Below are positions 26,785-35,902 of a stretch of DNA of 64,000 bases, in pieces; positions within the stretch are counted from its first letter, which is position 1; every line of letters starts with the position of its first letter. Location: NCBI GenBank assembly GCA_964469335.1, contig CAYXYK010000004.1, positions 23,230 through 87,229 of the forward strand, in the 5' to 3' direction. The stretch is from an uncultured Candidatus Saccharibacteria bacterium (GTDB lineage: Bacteria; Patescibacteriota; Minisyncoccia; Phycocordibacterales; UBA6899). Under the pieces are notes generated by a model. That model saw only the letters and a program-made list of their open reading frames with translations. It made no database searches and was not told where the DNA came from. Made by a program: the position numbers and the translations under genes.

Positions 26785-27423
26785 ATGAATGAAACAATCA
26801 TCAATGCGCTCTCATGGCGCTACGCCGTCCAATCGTTTGACACTTCGAAGAAGGTCAGCGAGGCAGACCTCCGCACTATCCTTGAGAGCGGACGCCTCTC
26901 GGCAAGTTCGTTCGGACTCGAACCGTGGAAGTTCATCGTGGTCGAGAACTCTGAACTCCGTACCAAACTTGCCGCAGCAGGGTATGGACAGGCGAAGATC
27001 ACCGAGGCTTCGCACCTCATCGTCATTGCGCGCCGCACAGACACTCGTGAGAACATTGTCGCGGAACGTATCGCACGCACCGCAACGATCCAGGGAGTAA
27101 CTGAATCGGCACTCGACGGCTTCAAGCAGATGCTCGATGGCACTGTTGCCGGACGTGACGACGCCGCACTCGACACTTGGAACCGCTCACAGACCTACAT
27201 CGCGCTCGGCTCGATGATGGAAGCTGCGTCACTCCTCAAGATCGACAATGCGGCGATGGAGGGATTCGACCCAAAGGGAGTCGATGAAGTGCTTGGACTT
27301 TCAGCAAAACACCTCACCGCGACCACCATGCTTGCGCTCGGGTATCGTAGCGAGAAGGATGAAGCGGCAAGGCGCCCGAAGGTACGCCGCGATTTTGATG
27401 AAGTAATTGAATTCATCAAGTAA
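26785..27423 (+). CDS. nitroreductase family NAD(P)H-dependent oxidoreductase
   Basis: SWRYAVQSFDTSKKVSEADLRTILESGRLSASSFGLEPWKFIVV is the nitroreductase N-terminus. Divergent from the HxlR gene. Confidence 0.85.
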   Translation: MNETIINALSWRYAVQSFDTSKKVSEADLRTILESGRLSASSFGLEPWKFIVVENSELRTKLAAAGYGQAKITEASHLIVIARRTDTRENIVAERIARTATIQGVTESALDGFKQMLDGTVAGRDDAALDTWNRSQTYIALGSMMEAASLLKIDNAAMEGFDPKGVDEVLGLSAKHLTATTMLALGYRSEKDEAARRPKVRRDFDEVIEFIK

Positions 27424-27450
27424 GTTCGCGGAAGTTCGAAACTCTTTGAT

Positions 27451-27483
27451 ACGAAAACGACATCCAATGGATGTCGTTTTCGT
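27451..27483. terminator. bidirectional terminator hairpin between convergent genes
   Basis: ACGAAAACGACATCC-aat-GGATGTCGTTTTCGT, a 15-bp perfect stem. Confidence 0.7.
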
Positions 27484-27530
27484 ATCATATAGAAAAAAGC
27501 AGCACCCAAAGGTGCTGCATGAATTGTTGC

Positions 27531-28049
27531 TCAGATGACGAAGATGTCGACCTTGCCGAGGCCGTCGATGTCGAGCGCGTTCGCGACCCCCTTGGAGAGG
27601 TCGATGATGCGTTTCCCCACATACGGTCCTCGGTCGGTGACCGTGGCGACCACTACCCGCTCGTTGGCGGGGTTTCGGATACAGACACGGGTGCCCAGGG
27701 GAAGATGCTTGTGTGCGACGGTCGCGGCATACATATCGTACGGCTTCTGGTTCGCCATCGGTCTGCCGTGGAAACCGGGGCCGTACCACGACGCGGTGCC
27801 GCTTTGGAACGGTTTTTCGGTGAAGTCGCAGGGTGATGCATCCGACTCCTCTCCACCGGCGATGAACCAGCGAACGTGGGCAAAGCCGCCCCTCCGCACC
27901 AGGCGAGGGGAGGGACGTGTTTCGGGGAGCGATACGGGGGCCGCTTGGATGTACTCATTTCCACCTTCACGTGCGGCACGGGCCGCTGAAGACAGTGACA
28001 AATAATCCAACGCGAGCAAACAGATAATGATGATGATACGAACGGACAC
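27531..28049 (-). CDS. RlpA-like (septal ring lytic transglycosylase, DPBB domain) protein
   Basis: Signal peptide. TASWYGPGFHGRPMANQKPYDMY..AAH..LPLGTRV.....NERVVVATVTDRGPYVGKRIIDLS. Confidence 0.85.
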   Translation of the reverse strand: MSVRIIIIICLLALDYLSLSSAARAAREGGNEYIQAAPVSLPETRPSPRLVRRGGFAHVRWFIAGGEESDASPCDFTEKPFQSGTASWYGPGFHGRPMANQKPYDMYAATVAHKHLPLGTRVCIRNPANERVVVATVTDRGPYVGKRIIDLSKGVANALDIDGLGKVDIFVI

Positions 28050-28245
28050 GAGAGAATCTCCTTGTGAAATGAACTAGCCTGTGTCGAGTCTAGCAAATCA
28101 TACTTAGCATGTCAAGTATTAGCATACGAACCTTTCGGTGGGGACCTCCCTGAGACACCACTCCTTGCAGGAGGTGAGGGGCTTGGGTAAAATATCCGTA
28201 CAATCATGCAATAAGCGTGGTCGCCTATTTTTTCATAATTCCGAT

Positions 28246-28716
28246 ATGATCGAACTGCGCAAAGAAACGAACGCAAAATATAAAGTCCGCGTCGGACGCT
28301 CGAAGACCGGACTCGGGCTCTATGCGATGGAGCCAATTCCGAAGGGGAAGAAGATTCTCGAATACATCGGCAAGGTGATGACCGATGAGTCTGACGATGA
28401 CAAGACCAGTCTCTATATCTTCAATATCAACAAGAAGGTCGATATCGACGGAGCCCCACGCTGGAATACGGCCCGCTACATCAACCATTCCTGCCGCCCG
28501 AATGCCGAGAGCGATACCTACAAGGATCATGTCTGGATCAAATCGACGAGGAACATCATGCTCGGCGAAGAGATCACCTATGACTACGGTAAAGAGTACT
28601 GGAACGAGTACATCAAGCCGAAAGGATGTCGCTGCGACAAATGTGTCGAGAAGCGCGAAGGTCTCGCACCGGGGACACTCAAACGCGGGAGAGCAGCCGC
28701 CGCGAAGAAGAAGTAG
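28246..28716 (+). CDS. SET domain protein (putative protein lysine methyltransferase)
   Basis: ARYINHSCRPN (the NHSC.PN SET motif) and EEITYDYG (ELT.DY motif). C-terminal Cys cluster CRCDKC (post-SET-like). Confidence 0.8.
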   Translation: MIELRKETNAKYKVRVGRSKTGLGLYAMEPIPKGKKILEYIGKVMTDESDDDKTSLYIFNINKKVDIDGAPRWNTARYINHSCRPNAESDTYKDHVWIKSTRNIMLGEEITYDYGKEYWNEYIKPKGCRCDKCVEKREGLAPGTLKRGRAAAAKKK

Positions 28717-28725
28717 TCCGATTCA

Positions 28726-28959
28726 TTGACGCGAGGGGAGTGTGTCTATAGTATTGGCGCAGACACCATCGAAAGGCGATCCATGAACGACAAGGCGTTG
28801 TTCGAACTGTTCAAGCGAGTCCATCGTGAAGAAGGAACCTGTGAAGAATTCCTCATCTGTGAGCGTTGGAGACTCATGCAGCCGCTCCGCGGCATGAATG
28901 ACAAGAAAAAGGATGAACTCGAAGCGATTGTGCGCGAGTATGTTCGAAGTTTGAAATGA
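28726..28959 (+). CDS. small hypothetical protein
   Basis: ORF followed by a terminator. True start may be MNDKALFELF (28783). Confidence 0.35.
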   Translation: MTRGECVYSIGADTIERRSMNDKALFELFKRVHREEGTCEEFLICERWRLMQPLRGMNDKKKDELEAIVREYVRSLK

Positions 28960-28995
28960 CCGCCACCCCTCTTCTAGGGTTGTGGCGGTTTTTCA
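28960..28995 (+). terminator. rho-independent terminator
   Basis: CCGCCAC-ccctcttctagggtt-GTGGCGG followed by tttttc. Confidence 0.7.
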
Positions 28996-29103
28996 CTTCT
29001 GGTGGATACTTTGCAATTTCGGGGTTTTTTGCTAGCATAGTCAAACATTCCGGCAAGGAGACTTCAAGCCTCAGTGTCTGAAAGTTGTTAATCATCCACA
29101 TAT

Positions 29104-29178
29104 TCCGGTGTAGCTCAGTGGTAGAGCAGTGCGCTGTTAACGCATTGGTCGCAGGTTCGAATCCTGCCGCCGGAGCCA
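29104..29178 (+). tRNA. tRNA-Asn (anticodon GTT)
   Basis: Cloverleaf folds manually. Acceptor tccggtg/cgccgga, D-stem gctc/gagc, anticodon loop cuGUUaa, T-arm gcaggTTCGAATcctgc, discriminator G, encoded CCA. Confidence 0.9.
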
Positions 29179-29183
29179 ACAAA

Positions 29184-29220
29184 AGAAAACATCCCTTTCG
29201 GGGGATGTTTTCTTTTGTTT
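29184..29220 (+). terminator. rho-independent terminator after tRNA-Asn
   Basis: GAAAACATCCC-tttcg-GGGGATGTTTTC followed by ttttgtttt. Confidence 0.8.
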
Positions 29221-29423
29221 TGGTCTCCGCGCGGAGCGAGGTGTCTGCACACCTCGCGTCAGGATTCGAAAAGCTTTGCGATATTTATGAGGAGCCCAGC
29301 TCTGAGTAAATCGCAAAGGTGTACTGAAGCTGTAAGCTTCGAAACTCCTGCCGCCCAATTTGAATGTTGTCTTTTGTTCGGTTTGTGATACTACTCAATG
29401 AGACAATCATCAAGGAGTTCTTC

Positions 29424-29774
29424 ATGCCCGCTGTCATCGAGAAGCCCGAAGCGTCTGCCGATCAAGCGACGCAAAAACACTTTTTCCGGATCTTCCTGGA
29501 ATTCAGGAAACCTGACGGTTCTGCCTCGCTTTTCTACGGAGACGGCACGAGCGGCTGCGGCGTGTACGCGGCCTTGGCCAAGATCTTCGATCGGAGTCCC
29601 AAGGAGATCTACGACACCCTGTGTGACTTGGCTTACGAGAAGGGTAACGGCTTCATGCAGGAGTACCTTTCGCTCGAAGATGCCTCCGCTGCACTGACGA
29701 AGGCGATCTTGTTTTCAGATACCGTCGATTGCGTGTGCTTTCTCAAGCAGGAAGCCCGCTTCTACATCGATTAA
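29424..29774 (+). CDS. hypothetical protein (116 aa)
   Basis: Good SD (caAGGAGttcttcATG). No recognisable domain. Confidence 0.6.
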   Translation: MPAVIEKPEASADQATQKHFFRIFLEFRKPDGSASLFYGDGTSGCGVYAALAKIFDRSPKEIYDTLCDLAYEKGNGFMQEYLSLEDASAALTKAILFSDTVDCVCFLKQEARFYID

Positions 29775-29828
29775 GACAAGAAGTAGCCTGAGTCACCCGT
29801 AGTCCTCTCCGTTCGATTTCCACCTTTG

Positions 29829-29870
29829 CCCCACCACGCAATCCCTGCCGCGGTGGGGTTTTGCTTTTTT
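29829..29870 (+). terminator. rho-independent terminator
   Basis: CCCCACC-acgcaatccctgccgc-GGTGGGG followed by ttttgctttttt. Confidence 0.75.
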
Positions 29871-29885
29871 GTGTATGATTCGCAT

Positions 29886-31055
29886 CTACTCCACCACAGG
29901 TATGGTGAACGAGAATTTCGATCCTTTTCCGAGGGTACTTTCGATCGACATCTCTCCGCCGTGATCTTTAATGATCTCGCTTGAGATGTGGAGGCCAAGT
30001 CCCAGCCCCGCGATGCCGCTGGTGTGTTCGTCTGAGACCCTAAAGAACCTCTCGCGGACGCTCCCGAGCTTCTCTTTCGGTATCCCGATGCCGAAATCCT
30101 GTACGCCAACAATGGTCATGTTCGGGTCTTCCTTGATCGAGATGATGATCTTGTCGCTCTTGGGTGAATATTTGACTGCGTTAGTGAGGAGGTTGATTAG
30201 TACCTGTTCGATCCTGCCTTTGTCCGCATTCACGGCGCGTTTCGCTGCGCCTTCCTTCGTGATGGTATGCGTCTTGTTGATATGAGTGAACATTTCCATC
30301 ACTTCATCGATCGCTAGGTTGAGGTCGAATTCCGATCGTTTCAGTTCAAGTTTGCCGGTCTGGAGGCGATAAAGGTCGGTGAATGAGTCGATGAGCTCAG
30401 TGAGGCGGTCTACTTGTTTCTCGAGCACGGTCAGTGTCGTGAGCTTTTTGTCATGATTCTCTTCTCTCGCTTCGAGCTGCATGGTCTGCGCAAGTGCTTT
30501 GATGGTGCCGAGCGGTGTTCGCAGCTCGTGCGAGGCGACTCCGATGAAATCATCCTTGAGCGTCTCCGCCGCTTTGCGCTCGGTGATATCCTCGATAGCG
30601 AGCAGGATGAGTTCGGTTTTGTACTTCTCGAGTACAATGCGGCGCGCATTGAGGAGCATGGTCTTCTCCCCGACGTCTTCGAAGATATGAGTGATCTCGA
30701 AATCGTGGAACTGGGTGTCTCGGGGAAGGATATCAAGCAGGAGTTCTTTGAGCTTCGGTATGTCCCACTGACCGTTGCCAAGGTCGAAGATCTTCTTCTC
30801 ATAGGTTTCCTCCTTGGTCACTTTGAATGTGTCAAAGAACGCTTTGTTCGCAGTCCGGATGGCGAGATTCTCTCCGAGGATGATGAGTGGCTCGCGCACG
30901 GTCTCGACGATTGCATCAGCATACGCGTAGATAACTACGAGGTCTTCGACGGTGAGGGTCGCAATGTCTTTCATCAGCTCCGCTGCAGAGGGTGCCCCAA
31001 GGACCGCTGCGGGGAGACCTGCCGCGGGAATCGGCTTTTTTTTAGAATCGGCCAT
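29886..31055 (-). CDS. cytoplasmic PAS-domain sensor histidine kinase (HisKA + HATPase_c)
   Basis: H-box ASHELRTPLGTI. N-box LINLLTNAVKYSP. G1 DFGIGIP. G2 GLGLGLHIS. Confidence 0.9.
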   Translation of the reverse strand: MADSKKKPIPAAGLPAAVLGAPSAAELMKDIATLTVEDLVVIYAYADAIVETVREPLIILGENLAIRTANKAFFDTFKVTKEETYEKKIFDLGNGQWDIPKLKELLLDILPRDTQFHDFEITHIFEDVGEKTMLLNARRIVLEKYKTELILLAIEDITERKAAETLKDDFIGVASHELRTPLGTIKALAQTMQLEAREENHDKKLTTLTVLEKQVDRLTELIDSFTDLYRLQTGKLELKRSEFDLNLAIDEVMEMFTHINKTHTITKEGAAKRAVNADKGRIEQVLINLLTNAVKYSPKSDKIIISIKEDPNMTIVGVQDFGIGIPKEKLGSVRERFFRVSDEHTSGIAGLGLGLHISSEIIKDHGGEMSIESTLGKGSKFSFTIPVVE

Positions 31056-31132
31056 ATGAAGTACTCACAGTAACACTGTATGCATGAGCGGGAGATGAGG
31101 CTGGGCATCAAAGTGTATGGCGCAAGGTACAC

Positions 31133-31858
31133 CTACAGTTTTTTATACAGCTGATTGAAAATGACCGATTGGAACTGTGCGAGGGCAGCATCGCGGATGA
31201 TGAATGCTTCTTCGGAGCTCAAGTTGATGAAGGCAAGATAATCAGCGTAGACGAGTTGAATAATGTTTTGATCGAATACACCGCTCTCTCCGGGGATATA
31301 TTTGATGAAACGCTCGAGCCTCGAGCGTTTTTGCTTTCCTGAAACTGGGTTGCTGATCACCAGACGCTCGAGCTTCTTTTTGTCGCGTAGAGTGCGATAG
31401 GTAGGGGAGAGGTAACGATTTACCTTTGCGAGATCACGTTCTGAGGTGTAGCGGTAGAACGTGCCACCCTTTGGAGTTTTTGCAATCGCATCATCAAATA
31501 CCGTACGGATACCAAGGGGTCCTGAGTAGTAACGAATGTGTGCGGGAAGCAGTTTCTCAGCCTTGGCTTTGAGTTTCTCGACTTCATGCTCGGCATCTTT
31601 TGTGGCAACAGCGAATGCGCGAGTGATGCACTCGGGGTCTTCTGCAAGATATACCTTACGCTTCCCGCGGGCTTCGCTGCGGATGAACTTTTGAGCGATA
31701 AGATTTTTCAGGTTGCGGTATATCTCAGGTCGACCAATTCCGGATATTGCTGCGATTTCAGTCACTAGCAGTGGTTCTCGTCTTGAGAGAAGAGCGGCAT
31801 AGATATTGTGTGCATTCTTCCCAAAACCCAGTCGTCGCATGATCTCACGATATTCCAT
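31133..31858 (-). CDS. TrmB-like helix-turn-helix transcriptional regulator
   Basis: N-terminal winged HTH (YAALLSRREPLLVTEIAAISGIGRPEIYRNLKNLIAQKFI). Confidence 0.5.
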   Translation of the reverse strand: MEYREIMRRLGFGKNAHNIYAALLSRREPLLVTEIAAISGIGRPEIYRNLKNLIAQKFIRSEARGKRKVYLAEDPECITRAFAVATKDAEHEVEKLKAKAEKLLPAHIRYYSGPLGIRTVFDDAIAKTPKGGTFYRYTSERDLAKVNRYLSPTYRTLRDKKKLERLVISNPVSGKQKRSRLERFIKYIPGESGVFDQNIIQLVYADYLAFINLSSEEAFIIRDAALAQFQSVIFNQLYKKL

Positions 31859-31966
31859 TTTTAAAAGTGTACCATAGTTGATTCACTTTTTACTATTTTT
31901 CTGCACCCATACGCGTATCGCATTACGATAGGGGAGGTTCGTTCCTTTCAACTCACGGAGGTGATT

Positions 31967-32275
31967 ATGGCCAGCAACGTGAAACCGATCAATCCCAACG
32001 ATGATCTGATCAAGCTGAAGTTCGCGCTGATTCCCGACGCAGTGTTTGAAGTCTTGAACATGCTGATTGCAAAGAAGTGGGATGGGCACTCAGCGTATGT
32101 GCTCCAAAAGGAGGTCGTGGCGGCCTTGAAAGAAAAAGGATTCGCTGAATCCGAGATTTACGACGGCCATTGGCTTGATTTCGAAGACAGTTACCGGGCA
32201 GAGGGCTGGAAAGTTGTGTACGACCGGCCCGGGTACAATGAGAGCTATGATGCGTCTTTCAAGTTCAGTAAATGA
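31967..32275 (+). CDS. hypothetical small protein (102 aa)
   Basis: SD GGAGGTGA upstream. Followed by a strong terminator. Confidence 0.6.
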   Translation: MASNVKPINPNDDLIKLKFALIPDAVFEVLNMLIAKKWDGHSAYVLQKEVVAALKEKGFAESEIYDGHWLDFEDSYRAEGWKVVYDRPGYNESYDASFKFSK

Positions 32276-32282
32276 ATTTCTC

Positions 32283-32311
32283 GCCCCGCTTTTTGCGGGG
32301 CTTTTATTTCT
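32283..32311 (+). terminator. rho-independent terminator
   Basis: CGCCCCGC-ttttt-GCGGGGC followed by ttttatttctt. Confidence 0.85.
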
Positions 32312-32347
32312 TCTATCTATCCTCGCCATAAAGCGTATGCTGAGTCG

Positions 32348-33052
32348 ATGAATACAACCACTAGCATGCCCGCGCATCGGAAGATCTCGCTCGCTGCGGG
32401 GCTCCTCTACTTACTCACCTTCGTTTCGATCCCGACGCTTTCGATCTATGGGCCGGTCAAGAGCGCAGGGTACATTCTCGGGGCGGGTCCTGATACCGGC
32501 GCCATCGTCGGAGGTCTGCTCGAGATCACCGTCGCGCTCGCCGGGATCGCAACTGCCGTCGTACTCTATCCGATTCTCAAGAAGCAGAGCGAATCCCTTG
32601 CACTCGGACTCGTCGCATCCCGCGTGCTCGAAGCGAGCACGATGTTCGTTGGAGTCGCGTTCATCATCACCATCGTTTCACTGCGGCAGGATGGGAGCGG
32701 GGAAGCGGCACTGCCAGTCAGTCACGCGCTCTCGACGCTGTATGATCGCATCTTCCTCCTCGGACAAAGTTTCCTTCCGGCGGTCAATGACCTTCTGCTC
32801 GGATTCTTATTGTATAAGTCTCGGTTGGTGCCACGAGGACTTTCACTGATCGGGATCGTCGGCGGACCACTCCTCATCATCGGCTATCTTGCTGTGCTAT
32901 TTGGTCTGGTCGGGCAACATGAACCACTCGCGGGGATGTCTGCGATCGGTGTCGCGCTGTTCGAGTTCTCGCTCGGACTCTGGCTTGTATTCAAAGGATT
33001 CAGCACGTCGGCGGTCGTGGAGCTCGATGCGCGCTCCACTTCCTCGAAGTAA
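32348..33052 (+). CDS. DUF4386-like integral membrane protein
   Basis: Six TM helices with AGLLYLLTFVSIP N-terminus. Family assignment is tentative. Confidence 0.55.
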   Translation: MNTTTSMPAHRKISLAAGLLYLLTFVSIPTLSIYGPVKSAGYILGAGPDTGAIVGGLLEITVALAGIATAVVLYPILKKQSESLALGLVASRVLEASTMFVGVAFIITIVSLRQDGSGEAALPVSHALSTLYDRIFLLGQSFLPAVNDLLLGFLLYKSRLVPRGLSLIGIVGGPLLIIGYLAVLFGLVGQHEPLAGMSAIGVALFEFSLGLWLVFKGFSTSAVVELDARSTSSK

Positions 33053-33090
33053 CTTCGGCTGATACGATGGAAGGATAACCACATCCGACT

Positions 33091-33522
33091 ATGTCAAACA
33101 AAACTCCGAATAAGACCGTCGCAACCAAGATCAGTGCCGCGAGCTTCCTCAAGAGTGAAGAGTTCTCGCCAGAGGAAAAGAAAGCAGCGAAGACACTGAT
33201 CGCGCTGTTCGAAAAAGTGAGCAAGAAGAAGTGCGTCATGTGGGGAAAGATCTTCGGTTTCGGGACTTATCACTATGTGATCAAGAGTCGCGAGGCAGAC
33301 TGGATGGCGACGGGGTTCGCACTGAGAAAGAATGCGATCACCATCTACTTGATGACTGGCACGAAACAGTACCCGCAGCTCCTTGCGCAGCTCGGGAAAC
33401 ACAAGCTCTCGGGTGGCTCATGTATCTATGTGAAGAAGCTCGAAGACATCGACCTCTCGGTGCTCGAGAAGCTGATCAGGGTGGCGCTCCTCGACCTCTC
33501 GAAGAAGTGGAAAGTGTCTTGA
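33091..33522 (+). CDS. DUF1801-like small protein
   Basis: VMWGKIFGFGTYHY...ADWMATGFALRKNAITIYLM pattern. Family assignment is tentative. Confidence 0.45.
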   Translation: MSNKTPNKTVATKISAASFLKSEEFSPEEKKAAKTLIALFEKVSKKKCVMWGKIFGFGTYHYVIKSREADWMATGFALRKNAITIYLMTGTKQYPQLLAQLGKHKLSGGSCIYVKKLEDIDLSVLEKLIRVALLDLSKKWKVS

Positions 33523-33545
33523 GTCGGGGAAGTTGCTGTATTTTT

Positions 33546-33578
33546 AAAAACAGACCCCATTGCGGGGTCTGTTTTTCG
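33546..33578. terminator. bidirectional rho-independent terminator
   Basis: tttttaaaaa-CAGACCCC-attgc-GGGGTCTG-tttttcg. Confidence 0.85.
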
Positions 33579-33597
33579 ATTCAAATCACTCGAGACA

Positions 33598-33960
33598 CTA
33601 CTGCTCCATCCTTGCCTTGAGTACCTGGATCATGCCTTCGAGGCGATTCGCCTCGGCGGTGTTGCCGTCGAGCGTCGCACTGATCTTCTGACTGAGGAGA
33701 AGTGACATCATCTTCGCGTTCTTCTCGGCACGGGTCGGCTCGGCGGGCGCTTCTTCAGTGTCGGCGCTCTCCGCGTCATTCACCGTATGGAGCGGTTCGC
33801 CTTCGAGGCGACGTGCCAGCTCTTCGCGCGACTCCAGTCCAAGTTCGCGTCCACCGAGAAGATAATCGGCAGTATCGAGTTGCGATTCTGACAACTGGTT
33901 CGCGCCGCCGTAGATAAGATCATCCTCGTTCCTTTCTCCCGCTTTACCTTCTCTTCCCAT
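33598..33960 (-). CDS. hypothetical protein (120 aa)
   Basis: Start chosen at MGREGKAGE. The longer ORF would overlap the GlsB gene. Confidence 0.4.
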   Translation of the reverse strand: MGREGKAGERNEDDLIYGGANQLSESQLDTADYLLGGRELGLESREELARRLEGEPLHTVNDAESADTEEAPAEPTRAEKNAKMMSLLLSQKISATLDGNTAEANRLEGMIQVLKARMEQ

Positions 33961-34049
33961 GGTGATGTATGACTTAGACCCTTGTGTAATGACTTCATGG
34001 TACAAGGCGAAGCGCAAAAAAGGAAGAACTCCGGAATAAGGGCCCCTCG

Positions 34050-34304
34050 CTATGCTCGACCTTGCCTTTTGAACAGCCGCATCAGGTAGATGAGGATGCA
34101 GGCGCCGAGGAGTGCGACCAGGAAACTGTAGAGGTTGAATCCGCCGACACCGCCTTCGCCGAGGAGACTCATGACCATACCGCCGATCACCGCACCGATG
34201 ATCCCGACCACGACATCCCACACCAATCCTCCACCCGTGCCCATCAGGAATGACGCGACCCAACCGACCAGTGCACCGAACACGATCCAAATGATGATTC
34301 CCAT
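34050..34304 (-). CDS. GlsB/YeaQ/YmgE family stress-response membrane protein
   Basis: MGIIIWIVFGALVGWVASFLMG...GIIGAVIGG, the family's signature Gly-zipper TM helices. Confidence 0.8.
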   Translation of the reverse strand: MGIIIWIVFGALVGWVASFLMGTGGGLVWDVVVGIIGAVIGGMVMSLLGEGGVGGFNLYSFLVALLGACILIYLMRLFKRQGRA

Positions 34305-34305
34305 A

Positions 34306-34665
34306 TTATTCTTTTTCTTGAGCATTTAATTTCGATGCGGCCTCCGGAGTCGATACGGTCCTTCCCATGAGGAACAGATTGACGATTCCCACCACGACCA
34401 CGTAATACACCAACATCGCGAGCAGCGTCGTCCATTCGAAGATGCTGCCTGATACCTGAGAAACTTTGAAGACTGACAAGAACGGCGAAGCGAATACGTA
34501 GGTCGCCGAATAAATGAAATGACTGAACCCTGCATCCGGATTCGCGCCGAGGAGTTTGAGAAAGAAACGGAATACGAGCAGTATCTCGATGACTCCGAAG
34601 ATGTACCAGACGATCTGGGTACCCCTATAGAGCGGCTTGGTACTCGGTGAATTGAATGAATCCAT
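34306..34665 (-). CDS. YggT-like small membrane protein
   Basis: IVWYIFGVIEILLVFRFFLKLLGANP..F..FIY..T.....PF resembles YggT/Ycf19. Confidence 0.5.
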   Translation of the reverse strand: MDSFNSPSTKPLYRGTQIVWYIFGVIEILLVFRFFLKLLGANPDAGFSHFIYSATYVFASPFLSVFKVSQVSGSIFEWTTLLAMLVYYVVVVGIVNLFLMGRTVSTPEAASKLNAQEKE

Positions 34666-35822
34666 ATGAACTGAAATTAGTCTTCAGCATAGCGCTTTCG
34701 GGTGAGGAAGCGATGAAGCGGCGGAGACACCCCGAACTTCATCTTGCGTTCATGAGGAATAGGTATACTGTGAGCCTAATGAATAAACACCAGCCGGTCT
34801 CTAATGACCCGCTTGGTGACGCAGAAGATGGCCATATTCTCACGCAGGCGATTATTGACACCATTCATGAGCCACTGATCGTTCTTGATGAAGACTTGCG
34901 CATCATCGTCGCGAGTAACTCTTTCTATAGGAAATTCGATATCAGCGAAGCAGAGACGAAAGAAAAACTCATCTACGAACTCGGTAACGGCGAGTGGGAC
35001 ATCCCGGAACTCCGTAAACTACTCAAAGAAGTGTTGTCAGATGATACGGTCGTCAAAGAATATGAGGTAGAACGGGACTTCCCATTCCTCGGGCTACGGA
35101 CACTCAATGTGAATGCACGTGAGATACGTTACGAGAACGGGCGGAAGAAAATGCTCGTCTCTATCTTCGATATCACCGAGCAACGTGCGCTTGAACACGA
35201 GAAGGAAAAATTGATGACCCAGAAAGACCTGCTCCTCAAGGAGATGCGTCACCGTATCGCGAACAGCCTGCAGCTCATCGCGAGCATCCTGCTCCTGAAG
35301 GCACAGTCAGTTGACTCGAAAGAAAGCCGTGCTCACCTCGAGGATGCACATGAGCGCATCCTTTCCATCGCAACGGTCCAGCAACAGCTTGACCCAGTTT
35401 CGAGTGGCGAAGAAACATCAGTGGCTGAATATCTGACCGGCCTGTGTCGCTCACTCGCGCGCTCGATGATCGGAGGCCGAAAACCGATCACTATCACGGT
35501 CGAGGCAGGGCACGGAAAAGTATCCTCCGATACTGCAGTGAGTTTCGGACTCATTACCACCGAGCTTGTCATCAACGCGATCAAGCACGCGTTCCCAAAT
35601 GGGCAGAAAGGGATCATCATCGTGAGCTACAGTGCGAAGGGGAGCGGGTGGACACTCTGTGTCTCCGATGACGGGATCGGACAATCTGAGAAAAAGAAGC
35701 ATACACACGTCGGACTTGGTACCAGTATCATCGGTGCACTTGCGAATCAACTGCATGCCATCATTCGCACCACGAGTACTCCGCATGGGACGAAGGTGTC
35801 GATCATTCACGCGAATCTTTGA
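34656..35822 (+). CDS. PAS-domain sensor histidine kinase, HisKA_2/HWE-type
   Basis: H-box KDLLLKEMRHRIANSLQLIASIL. HATPase_c_2 ELVINAIKHAF...VSDDGIG...GLGTSII. Confidence 0.85.
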   Translation: MNPYELKLVFSIALSGEEAMKRRRHPELHLAFMRNRYTVSLMNKHQPVSNDPLGDAEDGHILTQAIIDTIHEPLIVLDEDLRIIVASNSFYRKFDISEAETKEKLIYELGNGEWDIPELRKLLKEVLSDDTVVKEYEVERDFPFLGLRTLNVNAREIRYENGRKKMLVSIFDITEQRALEHEKEKLMTQKDLLLKEMRHRIANSLQLIASILLLKAQSVDSKESRAHLEDAHERILSIATVQQQLDPVSSGEETSVAEYLTGLCRSLARSMIGGRKPITITVEAGHGKVSSDTAVSFGLITTELVINAIKHAFPNGQKGIIIVSYSAKGSGWTLCVSDDGIGQSEKKKHTHVGLGTSIIGALANQLHAIIRTTSTPHGTKVSIIHANL

Positions 35823-35902
35823 GTATGAGGCACTATGCTCACCGTATCGTCACAGGCGAGAGTTCATCGTTCGCTCATACTTATGTGCAATAATCCATCT
35901 TC

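Noticed and set aside
26304-27423. HxlR regulator divergent from a nitroreductase
   Set aside because: A very common, well-described regulator/target pairing; annotated but not unusual.
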